This document shows positions 29,936 to 41,200 of a DNA stretch of 64,000 nt, piece after piece; position 1 is the stretch's first letter, and each line of letters opens with the position of its first letter. The notes below the pieces were generated by a model. That model worked only from the letters and a program-made list of their open reading frames with translations, made no database searches and was not told where the DNA came from. The DNA is taken from NCBI GenBank assembly GCA_934140285.1, contig CAKPBI010000001.1, forward strand, positions 211,515 through 275,514, written 5' to 3'. This DNA comes from an uncultured Bacilli bacterium (GTDB taxonomy: Bacteria > Bacillota_I > Bacilli_A > ML615J-28 > CAG-313). The translations under genes and the position numbers were made by a program.

Positions 29936-30666
29936 AGTTTGATATTTTAACATTATTTCCCGAAATGTTTACTAATTATTTTAATAGTTCAATTTTAAAA
30001 AGAGCAATTAACAATAATATAATTGAATGCAATACCATTGATTTTCGTGAATACTCAGGTAATAAACATAATACTGTTGATGATTATTCATATAGTGGAG
30101 GAGCGGGAATGTTAATTCGTGTTGATCCCATTCATCGAGCTCTTACCCATATCAAAGATTATGAAAAAGCATATGTTATTTTAACATCACCTAGTGGTAC
30201 TCAATTTAATCAAAAGAAAGCCCTTGAACTTTCTAAAAAAGAACATTTAATAATTATATGTGGCCATTATGAAGGCGTTGATGCAAGAGTTCTTAACTAT
30301 GTTGATGAAGAAATATCTATTGGTGATTATGTCTTAACAGGTGGTGAAGTTCCTGCTCTTGTGATCGTCGATTCTGTGAGTCGCTTAATACCAGGTGTAA
30401 TCAGTGAGGACTCGATAAGTACAGAATCTTTCAATGATGATTTGTTAGAATATCCTCAATATACAAGACCACAGGAATATGATGGACATAGTGTCCCCGA
30501 AATCCTTTTATCAGGTCATCATGCGAAAATAAAAAAATGGCAACGATATGAAGCCCTTAAGAAAACCTTACTTGTAAGACCTGATTTATTAGAAAAAGCA
30601 ACGCTAACCCCTGAAGACTTAGCAATGATTGAGGAAATTAAAAATGAAATATGTAAAGAAGATTAG
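29932..30666 (+). CDS. trmD: tRNA (guanine37-N1)-methyltransferase
   Basis: FDILTLFPEMF motif; SPOUT fold motifs; synteny. Confidence 0.95.
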   Translation: MKFDILTLFPEMFTNYFNSSILKRAINNNIIECNTIDFREYSGNKHNTVDDYSYSGGAGMLIRVDPIHRALTHIKDYEKAYVILTSPSGTQFNQKKALELSKKEHLIIICGHYEGVDARVLNYVDEEISIGDYVLTGGEVPALVIVDSVSRLIPGVISEDSISTESFNDDLLEYPQYTRPQEYDGHSVPEILLSGHHAKIKKWQRYEALKKTLLVRPDLLEKATLTPEDLAMIEEIKNEICKED

Positions 30667-31144
30667 TTGTCTCCTTTTAGTAATAATATATATATTATCA
30701 ATTACTGGATGTAAGAAGACATATATATATCATAATGAAAAGGCAGTAGATTATTTGAATGCATATTATGAATATCTGAGTGATGAAAAACAAGATTTTA
30801 TTGGAATCGATTTAAGAGATTTAGAAACAGCATATGCTTCTGGTCACTTAAAAGGATTTATAAGTTATAACTATAACTTAAAAAGAAAAAGTACAGAAGA
30901 TGAAACTACATACTTACAAAGATGTAGTACAGCTTTTCAAAGTTGGATTCGTCAAAATGTTGATAAAAGAACAACAATCTTTTTGATTGATCAAAATGGA
31001 ACAAACGTTCTATCAGAAGCGGTAAAACTAAAATCTAGTGGATATAAAAATATTCATATTTACGCAGAAGGATATAAAACATTAAATGAATATAACCACA
31101 ACATAATCCCCATTATAACAGGAATTGAAGATTGTGGCTGTTAG
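30644..31144 (+). CDS. Lipoprotein with a rhodanese-like fold in which the active-site Cys is replaced (IDQNG)
   Basis: Lipobox ITGC; IDLRDLETAYASGHLKG pattern; start is ATG 30644 (track start 30629 is TTG). Confidence 0.5.
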   Translation: MKYVKKISCLLLVIIYILSITGCKKTYIYHNEKAVDYLNAYYEYLSDEKQDFIGIDLRDLETAYASGHLKGFISYNYNLKRKSTEDETTYLQRCSTAFQSWIRQNVDKRTTIFLIDQNGTNVLSEAVKLKSSGYKNIHIYAEGYKTLNEYNHNIIPIITGIEDCGC

Positions 31145-31155
31145 AAAGGAAAAAC

Positions 31156-34131
31156 ATGAAAAAAAGAATATTTAGTCTATTATTTTTAATATTATCTTTA
31201 GTATTAATTACCTCATGTCAATTAATAGGTACTACTACTAAATATAATATAACTTATTATGTAGATGGTGAAGTAATTGAACATACACCATCAAGTTATG
31301 AAGAAGGAAAAGTTACTAAACTTAACCCACTTGATAATGATAATTTTGAAGGATGGTATTTAAGTGAAACTTTTGAAGGAAACCCTATTGTTCAAATTGA
31401 AGTAGACCAAACTGGAGATATTAGTTTGTATGCGAAAATGAAAAATGATGTTCCAACTCCTTCAGTTAAAGAACTAGAAGATGCTCTTAATGATTTAGAA
31501 AGTTTTGCTTATAATGTTTCATACGTTATTGATGGACTTACTCGTGCTTCTTATAGTTATGAATTCTACAAAAATAGCTATAAAGCAATGTTTCAATATG
31601 AAGATTCATCAATCAATTATGAATATTTAGCATATGTTAATGATGTATACTATTATTATGGATTATATGAAGATGGCACATATTATAGTATTGATGAATC
31701 AAATCAATTCTTTAGTTCATATATTGCTTACTTGGATTTAATTGATTTATCAAGTATTGATACTTCTAAATTCATGTTCAAAAATGGTCAATACATTCTA
31801 AAAGATTCTAAACAAACATCAGAAGTTGCTAATGATATATTCTGCACTATGGATAAAGAATATACTAATTTAGCAATTGAATTATTTGAAGGTAAATTAT
31901 ATAAACTATTTGTAACTGTCGCATCATTAACTCAAAATATATCATATGAAGTAAGTTTCTCAAATCATAATAAAGTTGAATTTACTTTACCAAATGCTAC
32001 TCCACTTGAGACAGTAACAACTATCGCCAAAGCAAAAGAAGCAAGGGAAGGCGAAAGTGTAACTGTTACTGGTTCAGTATCTGGTATAGTAGGCAACAAT
32101 TTCTATATTCAAGATGAAACTGGCGGAATATATATATATTGTGGAAGCAGCAATGATGCTTTAAATGACCTTACTATAGGTACTGTTGTTACGGTAACAG
32201 GTGTTAAAGAAACATATAAAGGTCTTGTTGAAATTAAATCGATATTAAGTATTGAGATAATTGGAAATAGTGAACTTTCCACAAAAAATCTTGAAACTCT
32301 AAAAAAAGATGAATTAGACTTATATGTAGGTATGAATGTTAGTTTCCAAAACTTTTTGGTTACAGCAGTCCCTCAATCATTTAATTCTTCATCTGATAAT
32401 AGCTTTACTATTTCTGATGGTACAAACACGACAACATTATTTGTTTCTAAACATCTAAATAATGCTTTAGGTGATGAAACTTATAATTTACTTGCTTCCC
32501 TAAATGTTGGTGATGTTATCAATGTAAGTAGTGCAGTAATTAGTTATTTTAACAAACCACAAGTTGCGGTAACAGCGAATACTGTTATAACTCTTGGAAC
32601 TTTAGAAGCAACTCTTGTTGCTTCTCCTACAAGAATCCGTGTAAAAGAAAATACTTCATTTGAGGAAGCTATCAAATCTTTAGTAGTAACCTTTAATGAT
32701 GTTGATGGCACATCTAAAGTACTTTCTAGAGATGAATATACATTAAACTCTGTTGATTACAAAACAACTGAGGGAGAATACGAAATAGAAGTAACATATA
32801 ATGATTTAACTACAATCTTTGTAATTGTGGTAACAACTGGATCAACTAAACCTACAACAATCCCTAAAGATACTACACGTCTTGAAGATATCATTAGAGA
32901 TATGGGAAAAGACGAAACAACAGGTGAAGTTTATGGGGTTACTCGCGGACTTCCTTCAATTGGCAATCCTAAAGTATTAGTAATTCCTATTTCATTTACC
33001 GATTATCCTGCTCCAAGTGATATGGTAAATAATCTTGAAAGAGCCTTCTTTGGTGATTCATCTACAACAGGATGGGAAAGCTTAAGCAGTTATTATCAAA
33101 AGAGTTCATATGGAAAATTAAATATCGAAGGTACAGTATTACCAGTATTCCAAACAGGTAAAGAAGCTTCATATTATGATGCTAAAGACAAAGGTGACTA
33201 TGAAATTATTCAAGCTGCTCTAAAGTATTATGATAAAGACATTGATTATTCCGAATACGATAGTGATAAAGATGGATATATTGATTCAATATACCTTGTA
33301 TATACTTGTGAAATAAATAGAAATGATGATAATAGTATGTGGTGGGCATATACTTATGAATACTTTACAGATGATATTGAAAAATATGATAATGTTGAAG
33401 CAGACTTCTATTTACTTGCTGGTTATGACTTCTTAACAGAAATTCCAGCATCAGGTAAAACATTAAAGTATAATTTAGAAACATTCATTCATGAAACAGG
33501 TCATTTACTAGGTTTAGATGATTACTATGATACTGACACCTCAAAAGGCCCCGCAGGTGGTCTTGGTGGTGGTGACATGATGGACTATAATGTTGGTGAT
33601 CATAATCCGTTCTCTAAAGCAATCCTTGGATGGGTAGATCCACTTGTAATGGGAGATGATGATGCAACTATTACACTTAGATCATTTGGTTCTACTGGTG
33701 ATTGTTTGATTATTGCTAAAAACTTTAACAATTCATTATTTACAGAATACTTCATTATTGATTTCTATACTCCAGATGGATTAAATCAAATGGAAGCTGG
33801 TTATAGTGGTTTATTCTCAAAGAGTGGTATACGTATTTATCATATTGACGCAACCCCTAACGATCCAACAAAAGGTGTATCAATTTGGGATGTTTATAAA
33901 TATAACAATAGTAGTACTGACCATCGCCTAATCTCATTGGTAGAAGCTGATGGTAATAATGATATTGAAGGTGATGATATATATGGTGGTTCATCATCTA
34001 ATAGTGATTTATTCCAAGCAAAAGATGTTTGGTCAACTGCTAAATGGTATGATGGTAGTGATGCCGGTTTCGTTTTAGAGGTTGTATCAATCAATAATTC
34101 GGAAGCTGTAATTAATATTTCATTTAAATAA
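31156..34131 (+). CDS. Lipoprotein: LB repeat + OB-fold + M6 (immune-inhibitor-A)-like zinc metalloprotease
   Basis: Lipobox LITSC; HEXXH motif in FIHETGHLLGLDDYYD; OB-fold segment VTVTGSVSG..FYIQDETGGIYIY. Start is ATG 31156 with RBS AAAGGA. Confidence 0.7.
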   Translation: MKKRIFSLLFLILSLVLITSCQLIGTTTKYNITYYVDGEVIEHTPSSYEEGKVTKLNPLDNDNFEGWYLSETFEGNPIVQIEVDQTGDISLYAKMKNDVPTPSVKELEDALNDLESFAYNVSYVIDGLTRASYSYEFYKNSYKAMFQYEDSSINYEYLAYVNDVYYYYGLYEDGTYYSIDESNQFFSSYIAYLDLIDLSSIDTSKFMFKNGQYILKDSKQTSEVANDIFCTMDKEYTNLAIELFEGKLYKLFVTVASLTQNISYEVSFSNHNKVEFTLPNATPLETVTTIAKAKEAREGESVTVTGSVSGIVGNNFYIQDETGGIYIYCGSSNDALNDLTIGTVVTVTGVKETYKGLVEIKSILSIEIIGNSELSTKNLETLKKDELDLYVGMNVSFQNFLVTAVPQSFNSSSDNSFTISDGTNTTTLFVSKHLNNALGDETYNLLASLNVGDVINVSSAVISYFNKPQVAVTANTVITLGTLEATLVASPTRIRVKENTSFEEAIKSLVVTFNDVDGTSKVLSRDEYTLNSVDYKTTEGEYEIEVTYNDLTTIFVIVVTTGSTKPTTIPKDTTRLEDIIRDMGKDETTGEVYGVTRGLPSIGNPKVLVIPISFTDYPAPSDMVNNLERAFFGDSSTTGWESLSSYYQKSSYGKLNIEGTVLPVFQTGKEASYYDAKDKGDYEIIQAALKYYDKDIDYSEYDSDKDGYIDSIYLVYTCEINRNDDNSMWWAYTYEYFTDDIEKYDNVEADFYLLAGYDFLTEIPASGKTLKYNLETFIHETGHLLGLDDYYDTDTSKGPAGGLGGGDMMDYNVGDHNPFSKAILGWVDPLVMGDDDATITLRSFGSTGDCLIIAKNFNNSLFTEYFIIDFYTPDGLNQMEAGYSGLFSKSGIRIYHIDATPNDPTKGVSIWDVYKYNNSSTDHRLISLVEADGNNDIEGDDIYGGSSSNSDLFQAKDVWSTAKWYDGSDAGFVLEVVSINNSEAVINISFK

Positions 34132-34140
34132 AAAAGAAAA

Positions 34141-34175
34141 TAATGCCGGATAATTTATCCGACATTATTTTTCTA
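34141..34175. terminator. Bidirectional terminator between the protease gene (+) and cvfB (-)
   Basis: ATGCCGGATAA-tt-TATCCGACAT followed by TATTTTTCT. Confidence 0.7.
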
Positions 34176-35031
34176 TTAAAGTAATCTTGTAATCTTCAAT
34201 ACTAATTAAACGTTTTTTATAAAGAGCTCCAACTGCTCTTTTAAAAGCACTCTTACTCATTTTAAAAAACTTACTGATATCTTCAGGAGAAGAAGCATTA
34301 CCAAGAGGGACAATTCCTCCCATTTGTTTTAGATAGTTATATATAGTATCACTATCACTAAGTCTTGAATATTCTTTTCTTTCAATTGTTGATGCATAGT
34401 ATTCTCCATGCTCATTAATATGAATTACTTTACATGTAACTTCCTCACCCAAGTGATAGTTTTTACGAAGATAGTTTTTATGAATAAAAACAAATTGAAA
34501 CTCTCTTGTACAAACAGTAATTCCTGCTTGAGTAATCTTTGATACATTTCCACTGATTGTTTGGTCTACTTTAAGTTTTGGTGGTAAAACTTTAACATCA
34601 TTAGGAGTAATAATTCTTGCGACCAACTGATGTTGTTTTTCAATTAAAATACAAGGCACTTCCTCATCTATTTTTGGCCATGCCTTTATTGAGCTTGGTA
34701 GAAAGTCTTTGGATAATAATATGTCTTTTGCGATATTTATATTAACAAATGCTCCCGCATTTTCTAGTATATTTACCACCTTTACAAATCCATAATTAGA
34801 AGTTGTAATTAAAGGATCTTCCATAGTTGCACATAATCTTTTCTTTTGGTCATAGTAAAGAAAGGCTTTTATCTTTTCTCCTGGCTCAAGTTTTCTTGTT
34901 GCTTGATTAAAATGTAAAAAGACATAAGTAGTTAATTCATCATCATCAGGACTAAGTGTATAGCTAATGTCAGTTTCTCTTTTTACAATAAATCTATTTA
35001 CTTCTCCAATATGTAAAGGCATATATATCAC
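34165..35031 (-). CDS. cvfB: CvfB/YitL-family S1-domain RNA-binding protein
   Basis: Tandem S1-like beta-barrels plus a C-terminal winged helix (GIVPLGNASSPEDISKFFKMSKSAFKRAVGALYKKRLI). Confidence 0.75.
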   Translation of the reverse strand: MIYMPLHIGEVNRFIVKRETDISYTLSPDDDELTTYVFLHFNQATRKLEPGEKIKAFLYYDQKKRLCATMEDPLITTSNYGFVKVVNILENAGAFVNINIAKDILLSKDFLPSSIKAWPKIDEEVPCILIEKQHQLVARIITPNDVKVLPPKLKVDQTISGNVSKITQAGITVCTREFQFVFIHKNYLRKNYHLGEEVTCKVIHINEHGEYYASTIERKEYSRLSDSDTIYNYLKQMGGIVPLGNASSPEDISKFFKMSKSAFKRAVGALYKKRLISIEDYKITLIEK

Positions 35032-35187
35032 TCCTTTTTTCTTTAATATATCATATCATAAATACAAAAAAAATAAGTCATTTTTACATTTAAAGATAAA
35101 AGCCTCCAAGGTTATATTAAATAAAATAAATAATTTAAGGTTTAAAGAAAAAAATTAATCATTTAAAGGGATTAAAAAAAATAAGTA

Positions 35188-35196
35188 TGATATAAT
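35188..35196 (+). promoter_or_regulatory. Extended -10 promoter element (TGATATAAT) for the giant lipoprotein gene
   Basis: TGnTATAAT lies 50 nt upstream of the ATG; no strong -35. Confidence 0.45.
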
Positions 35197-35201
35197 CTAA
35201 A

Positions 35202-35221
35202 TTGTGAAAAGGCTTTCACAA
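35202..35221 (+). promoter_or_regulatory. cre-like perfect palindrome TTGTGAAA-aggc-TTTCACAA between the -10 and the RBS
   Basis: 8-bp perfect inverted repeat; the core TGAAAAGGCTTTCA is one mismatch from the cre consensus WTGNAANCGNWNNCW. Confidence 0.4.
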
Positions 35222-35246
35222 ATTTAAAAAGAGAAAGAGGTAAGTA

Positions 35247-38200
35247 ATGAAAAAAGGATTTTTATTATTGGTAGCATGTCTACTAACCCTTGGTATTATT
35301 GCCTGCCAAACTACATCGGCAGAGCTTAGTATCGAGAATAAAGATGTTTCTCTAGAAGTTGGAGAAACTCATAAGCTAGATGTAAAAGTCGTAAATGATG
35401 ATGATCCAATCTTTTCTTATAAGGTTGTTGACCCATCTATCGTACGTGTAGAAAAAGGCATCGTAACAGCTCTTAGAGAAGGTGAAACAGATGTTGAAAT
35501 TGGCGTAAAATATGTCAAGGGAAATAAAGTAACTGTTCACTTCACAGTAAAAGATAATCGTAAGATATCCCTAAGTGCTGATTCCGTTTATTTGAAAGCG
35601 GGAGAAACAACTAAGTTAGAGATACTTCCTAAAGATGTCTTCTTAGTAGACGATACTTGTGTTTGGTCATCAAGTGATCCAAGTGTTGCGACTGTAAAAG
35701 ATGGTATTGTTAAAGCAATAGGTGCTGGAACAGCAATCATCAGTGTTGAAGTTGATGGACTAAAAGCTGAAATTACAATTGCTGTTGAAAAAGAAGTTGA
35801 TGTAATTAAACCTGAGTTTATACTTGGTGAAGGCATTGCAGAGAAAAACTTCTTAAACTGGAATAAACCATTTAATCCACTTGATGGTATTCAAGCAATT
35901 GATAATGTTGATGGTGACATAACTTCTAAGATTGAAGTAGTAGGTGAAGTTGATAATCAAACATATGGTTTCTATGAATTAACTTATCGAGTTCAAGATG
36001 AAGCAGGTAATAAAGCTGAGTTTAAACGTACAATTGAAGTTGTATGGAACTATGATGTTACTTTCATTGGTCACGCTGGTAGTTACTACGGATTAATGAA
36101 TTCCGAAGAAGCATTCCTATATGCGGTACAAGTATTAAAATACCAAGCTTTAGAGTGTGATTTAAAACAAACATCCGATGGCGTTTTTGTAATGAGTCAT
36201 GATGAAACATTTGGTGGTTATACTATTTCAACAACTCCATGGAGTGTACTAAAAGATGTTGAAGTAACAAAGAGTAGAAAAGCTGGTTTCCCTGCACAAA
36301 ATGGAAGTGTAACCAAAGATACTTATACAACAAAACTTTGTACATTAGAGCGTTACCTAGAGATTTGTCGTCAATATAACGCAAAAGCAGTAATTGAGCT
36401 AAAATCATCAGCAGGTATTACAAACTCTGATCAATCAAGAATGCAAGCATTAATGGATGAAATTGAAAAAGCAGGAATGCGAGAAGATACTATTTTCTTA
36501 GGTTCACAATATAACTGTTTAATATGGACAAGAGAGAATGGCTATTCAGATGTTGAATGTCAATATCTAGTAAACTCATGTGAAAGCGATACAATTTTAG
36601 AAAGATGTAAAAAATATGATCTAGATGTAAGTATTAACGTTACTGCTAGCTATTCAAATAGTGAAGAATGGCTTGCTAAATACAAAGAAGCAGGATTAAA
36701 GATTTCTACATATACATTTACTCAATATGTTGATTATCCAACTGTTCAAGAATGGATCAATAAAGGTGCTGACTATGTAACATGTGATTGGCAATTAATG
36801 AGTAAACTAAATTTACCAGAATCTTCAAATGATCCTGATTCTAATATAACTCATAAAGTTATTTTTAAAGATTATGATGGAAAAGTATTAAAAGAAGCGG
36901 TAGTTAAAGATGGTCGTGCAGCCGCAGCGCCTAAAGATCCAACTCGTCTTGGATATAGATTCACTGGTTGGGATAAATCAATCGTAAATGTAAAACAAGA
37001 CCTTGAAGTAACTGCATTATATGAAATTTGTGAATACACAATTACATATGATAAAAACTTAACAACAATAATTAAATCAAAATGGAATAACAAGGATGAA
37101 TTTGTAAATGAACTTTATACTGATTTATATAATTGGTTTATAACAAATGCTGAATATATTTCAACATATGTTCAAGTTCAAAATGGTAAAGTTACAATAA
37201 CTAAGAATGGTCAAACTACTTCATTCAGTAATGTAGAAGAACTAAAAGCAATAGATATATATGTATTTGAAAAAACTGTATCTAATTTTATTTATCAACC
37301 TGTTAAACGTGATAGTGAAGGAAAAGCCGTAATAGAACATTCAGAAAGTTATTTCTTAAATAGTGATGCTTATCGTGAAAAATATCAAGCAATGGATCAA
37401 TATTTCTATAATGCTGTTAAGAATGGTTACCCAGCATATGATAATACGTATACACCAACATCAGCTGGTAAAATCCAAATTCTATTCCGTTTCCATCAAT
37501 GGGTAAAAGGAACAACAATTGCAGCATTTAATGAACTTCCTGCAAAATACATTGTAAAAGATAATAACGAAGTACAAGCAGAACTTCCAACAACTAATCT
37601 AAAATATACAGTTGAAGATGAATTTGATTTACCATCGGCAACTGCTAATGTTAATTTCTTAGGTTGGTTCTTAGATAGAGAATGTACTATAGCAATTACT
37701 AAGATAACAAAAGGTATGACTGGTAATTTAGTACTTTATGCAAAATGGGAATATACAATTCCAGTAGTAAATTCAAAAATTACATTTGAACTAGATGGTG
37801 GAGAATTTGAAGAAGGATATGTTGTTCCTACAACATATGAAGAAGGAAAAGAATTAGTCTTAGCAACTCCAGTTAAAGAAGGATATATATTCCTTGGCTG
37901 GACTCTTGAAAAAGATAGTACTGAATATATCACATCAATTTCTGCAGCTCAAACTGGTGATGTAACTGTTTATGCAGCATGGAAAGAAGAAGCAGTAGCT
38001 GTTGATGAAATTTTAGTTGGTCCTAATGAAGAGTACAAAACAATTAAAGATGCTCTTCTTGTTGCAACGACAAATACTAAGATATATGTTAAATCTGGTA
38101 CATATAGTGAAGATTTAGTTGTAGCTTATGACGGAATTCAATTAATTGGTCCAAACTCAGGAATGGATGGAACAAGTGATAAACGAGCAGTAGAAGCTAT

Positions 38201-41200
38201 AATTAGTGGAAAAATAACAATTTCTAAAAATGTGAAAGATGTTAAAATTTTAGGTTTCAACCTAACAAATACAACTTCAGTTTATGGTGAAGGTGACAAT
38301 GAAAATATTGTTGTTAAATATAATGTAATTGAAGGAACAGCTGCATCAGCTGGAACATCAGGTGCCGGAATTGGTCAAATCCATTTTGTTGGTGCCATCA
38401 TTAATTTAGTTGTTGAACACAATAAATTTACTTTAAAATCTAATGTTAATTATTATTCTTGTGTTTATAGCCAAGGCTTAATCACAGGTGCAGAAATTAA
38501 CCATAACTATGTTACAAATAATTGTTCAACATCACAAAATGTCTTTGCATTCTGGTTAAGAAATGCTGCAGGTGTTATTAATATGAATGAAAATATCGCA
38601 TATCGTTTTGCTGGAAACTACTGGACTTTCTGGGTTGGTCAAGATAAACTTGCTGAAAACACAAAGATAACAATGCGTGATAATAACTTTGATAGTGATA
38701 GTGCAGCAAATGCTGAATGTGGAATGGCTGTTCATCATGCTGAATACGAATCAATCGAAATTAATTATATTGGTAATACATTTAGTTATTGTAAGGATAC
38801 TGTATTTAGTGTACAAGGTAAATCAACTACTGATACTACATCTACTCCTCATATAACTATCATGTATAATAAAATCTTAAATACTTCTGCAAGAATGAGA
38901 TTCTGTGTTAATGCGAAAAACTTCTACTTTGGTAAGAACTATTCAGCACTTGCATACACTGATCAAGGTACACCAAATATTAAAGCAGCAGAAATTGCAA
39001 AAGATGATTTCAAATCAACAATGGAATTAGATGATGCATATGCTGAAACAAAAATGTGTGCAATTAATTATGAACTTGATGGTGGAACTCTTCCAGAAGG
39101 TGCTCCTACTAAATATCTACCAGGATATGCAACAAGATTAGTTGCTCCTACAAAAGATGGATATAAGTTCTTAGGTTGGTCACTAACAAAAGATGGTAAT
39201 GAATATATTACCCTTATTCCAGAAACTGCAACAGGAGATCTTACTCTATATGCAAAATTTAAAGAAATTAAACCATCACTAATGGTTGGTGAGGGACAAA
39301 CATACAAAACATTAGAAGAAGCCCTTGCTGCTGCAACTGATGGTGATACAATTGAATTTGTATCAGGAACTTACGCAGGTGGCACTATTGCTAAGAGCGT
39401 AACAATCATTGGTCCTAACAAGGACATTAATCCAAATAAGGATACAAGACAAAATGAAGCAATCTTTACTTCAGATCTAATTATTGAAGCAAATAATGTG
39501 GAAATCAATGGTATTACATTAACTGGTGAAGCTCGTATTGTTGGATCTGAATCAACTTCAATCGAAAACTTAACAATTAATTATATATTATTTGATAACT
39601 CTAAAGTTGCTGGTTCTAAAACTGCACCATTCTACTTTGTACCTGCTACTGGCGTATCATACAAGAATGTAGTAATTAAATATTCTCGTATAAACAAAGG
39701 TACTGGTCGTCAAATGATACTTTATGGATTAGAGTTTGAAAACTTAACAATTACAAACAATGAATTCTATGGTCCATATCAAACATATAATGATGGTATT
39801 AAAATTGATGATATCGGTGCATTTGGTACTAAAGGAGAAATAAATATTTCTGATAACGTATTTGATGGATATCAACAATATGTTATTTGGTTCTTAAGAT
39901 ATAGTTATGGTAACTATACAATTGAAAGTAATAAATACAATAACATTGGTCTTGCTGAATACCATGCAGGTGTAACATTCAAGACTTACTCAGGTTCTAA
40001 AGATGATGAACTAAAAATTAATTATCGTTTTAATAAAATTACAAATGGTTATATGCTATTTAGATTCGAAGAAGCAAAAGTTTTAAATGGCGACAATTGC
40101 ATGATTAATGTTAATTACAATATTCGTGAAAATTGTAGTGGCGATTTATTTGTTAAGAATGTAAACCCAGATGTAATAGTAAATGCTGACAAAAACTATT
40201 GGGGTACAACAACTCTATTAGAAAAGAATTTCTTAAATGTTACAACATATGCTGATGCATATCAAAATGCTCAAGATGTTCCATCAAAAGAAGAAGTTGA
40301 AGGTGGATCTAGTGAAACTAAGATTTACTCAAAAATCATCTATGTATTAGATGGTGGTGAAGTATCAGCATCAACTCGTTATTTAGAAGGAAAAGAATAT
40401 ATTCTTCCAATCCCAACAAAAGAGGATTATCGCTTTGTTGGATGGAGTTTAACTCCAGATGGAAGTCAAATTATTACAGCGATTTCTACAACAACAACAG
40501 GTGATGTTACTGTTTATGCGATTTGGGAAGCCATTGAATATTACAACATTACATATATATATAATGGAGGATATTCAAATGAAGGTCTATACCAAAATCG
40601 TGGTGAAAATCCAATTGCTATAACTATTAATAACTATAATAATAGTGATGGTTCATTCTGGAGTGGCAAATATGCAACTGACATTTTCATTACTGATTCA
40701 TCATGTGATCCAAAAGCCACTTTCTCTGACCGTATTTATATTGCTAAAAATAAAGAAAACGGATTATATGAAGTAGTAAGCTTCCTACAATCAGGTGCAT
40801 CATCATGGCCTGAAGGTGCAGAATATGTAATATCTATTTCTAATTCTTATAATGCCTATTATTTAAATATTAAGCCAATAACTAATAAAATTAAAGTTGG
40901 TCAATATGTAGTATTTGGTGGAAATATCGAATCAATTAATAATGCAAATCCTACAGAAGTATGTTTCTTTGATGAACTTCCTACATGTGATCAAGTCACA
41001 GTTAAAGTAGGAACTAACGATGAATTAATTAAACCAGGACTTCTTGGCTATAAATTCTTAGGTTGGTTTGAAAATGATAAACTCATCACATCAATCTCTG
41101 AACTAAAAGGTGATACAACACTAAGTGCTAAGTGGGAAGCTTTAAATCCTGCAACAGGCATTAAGATTGATGCTTTCAAAGACGAAATGCTTACAAATGA

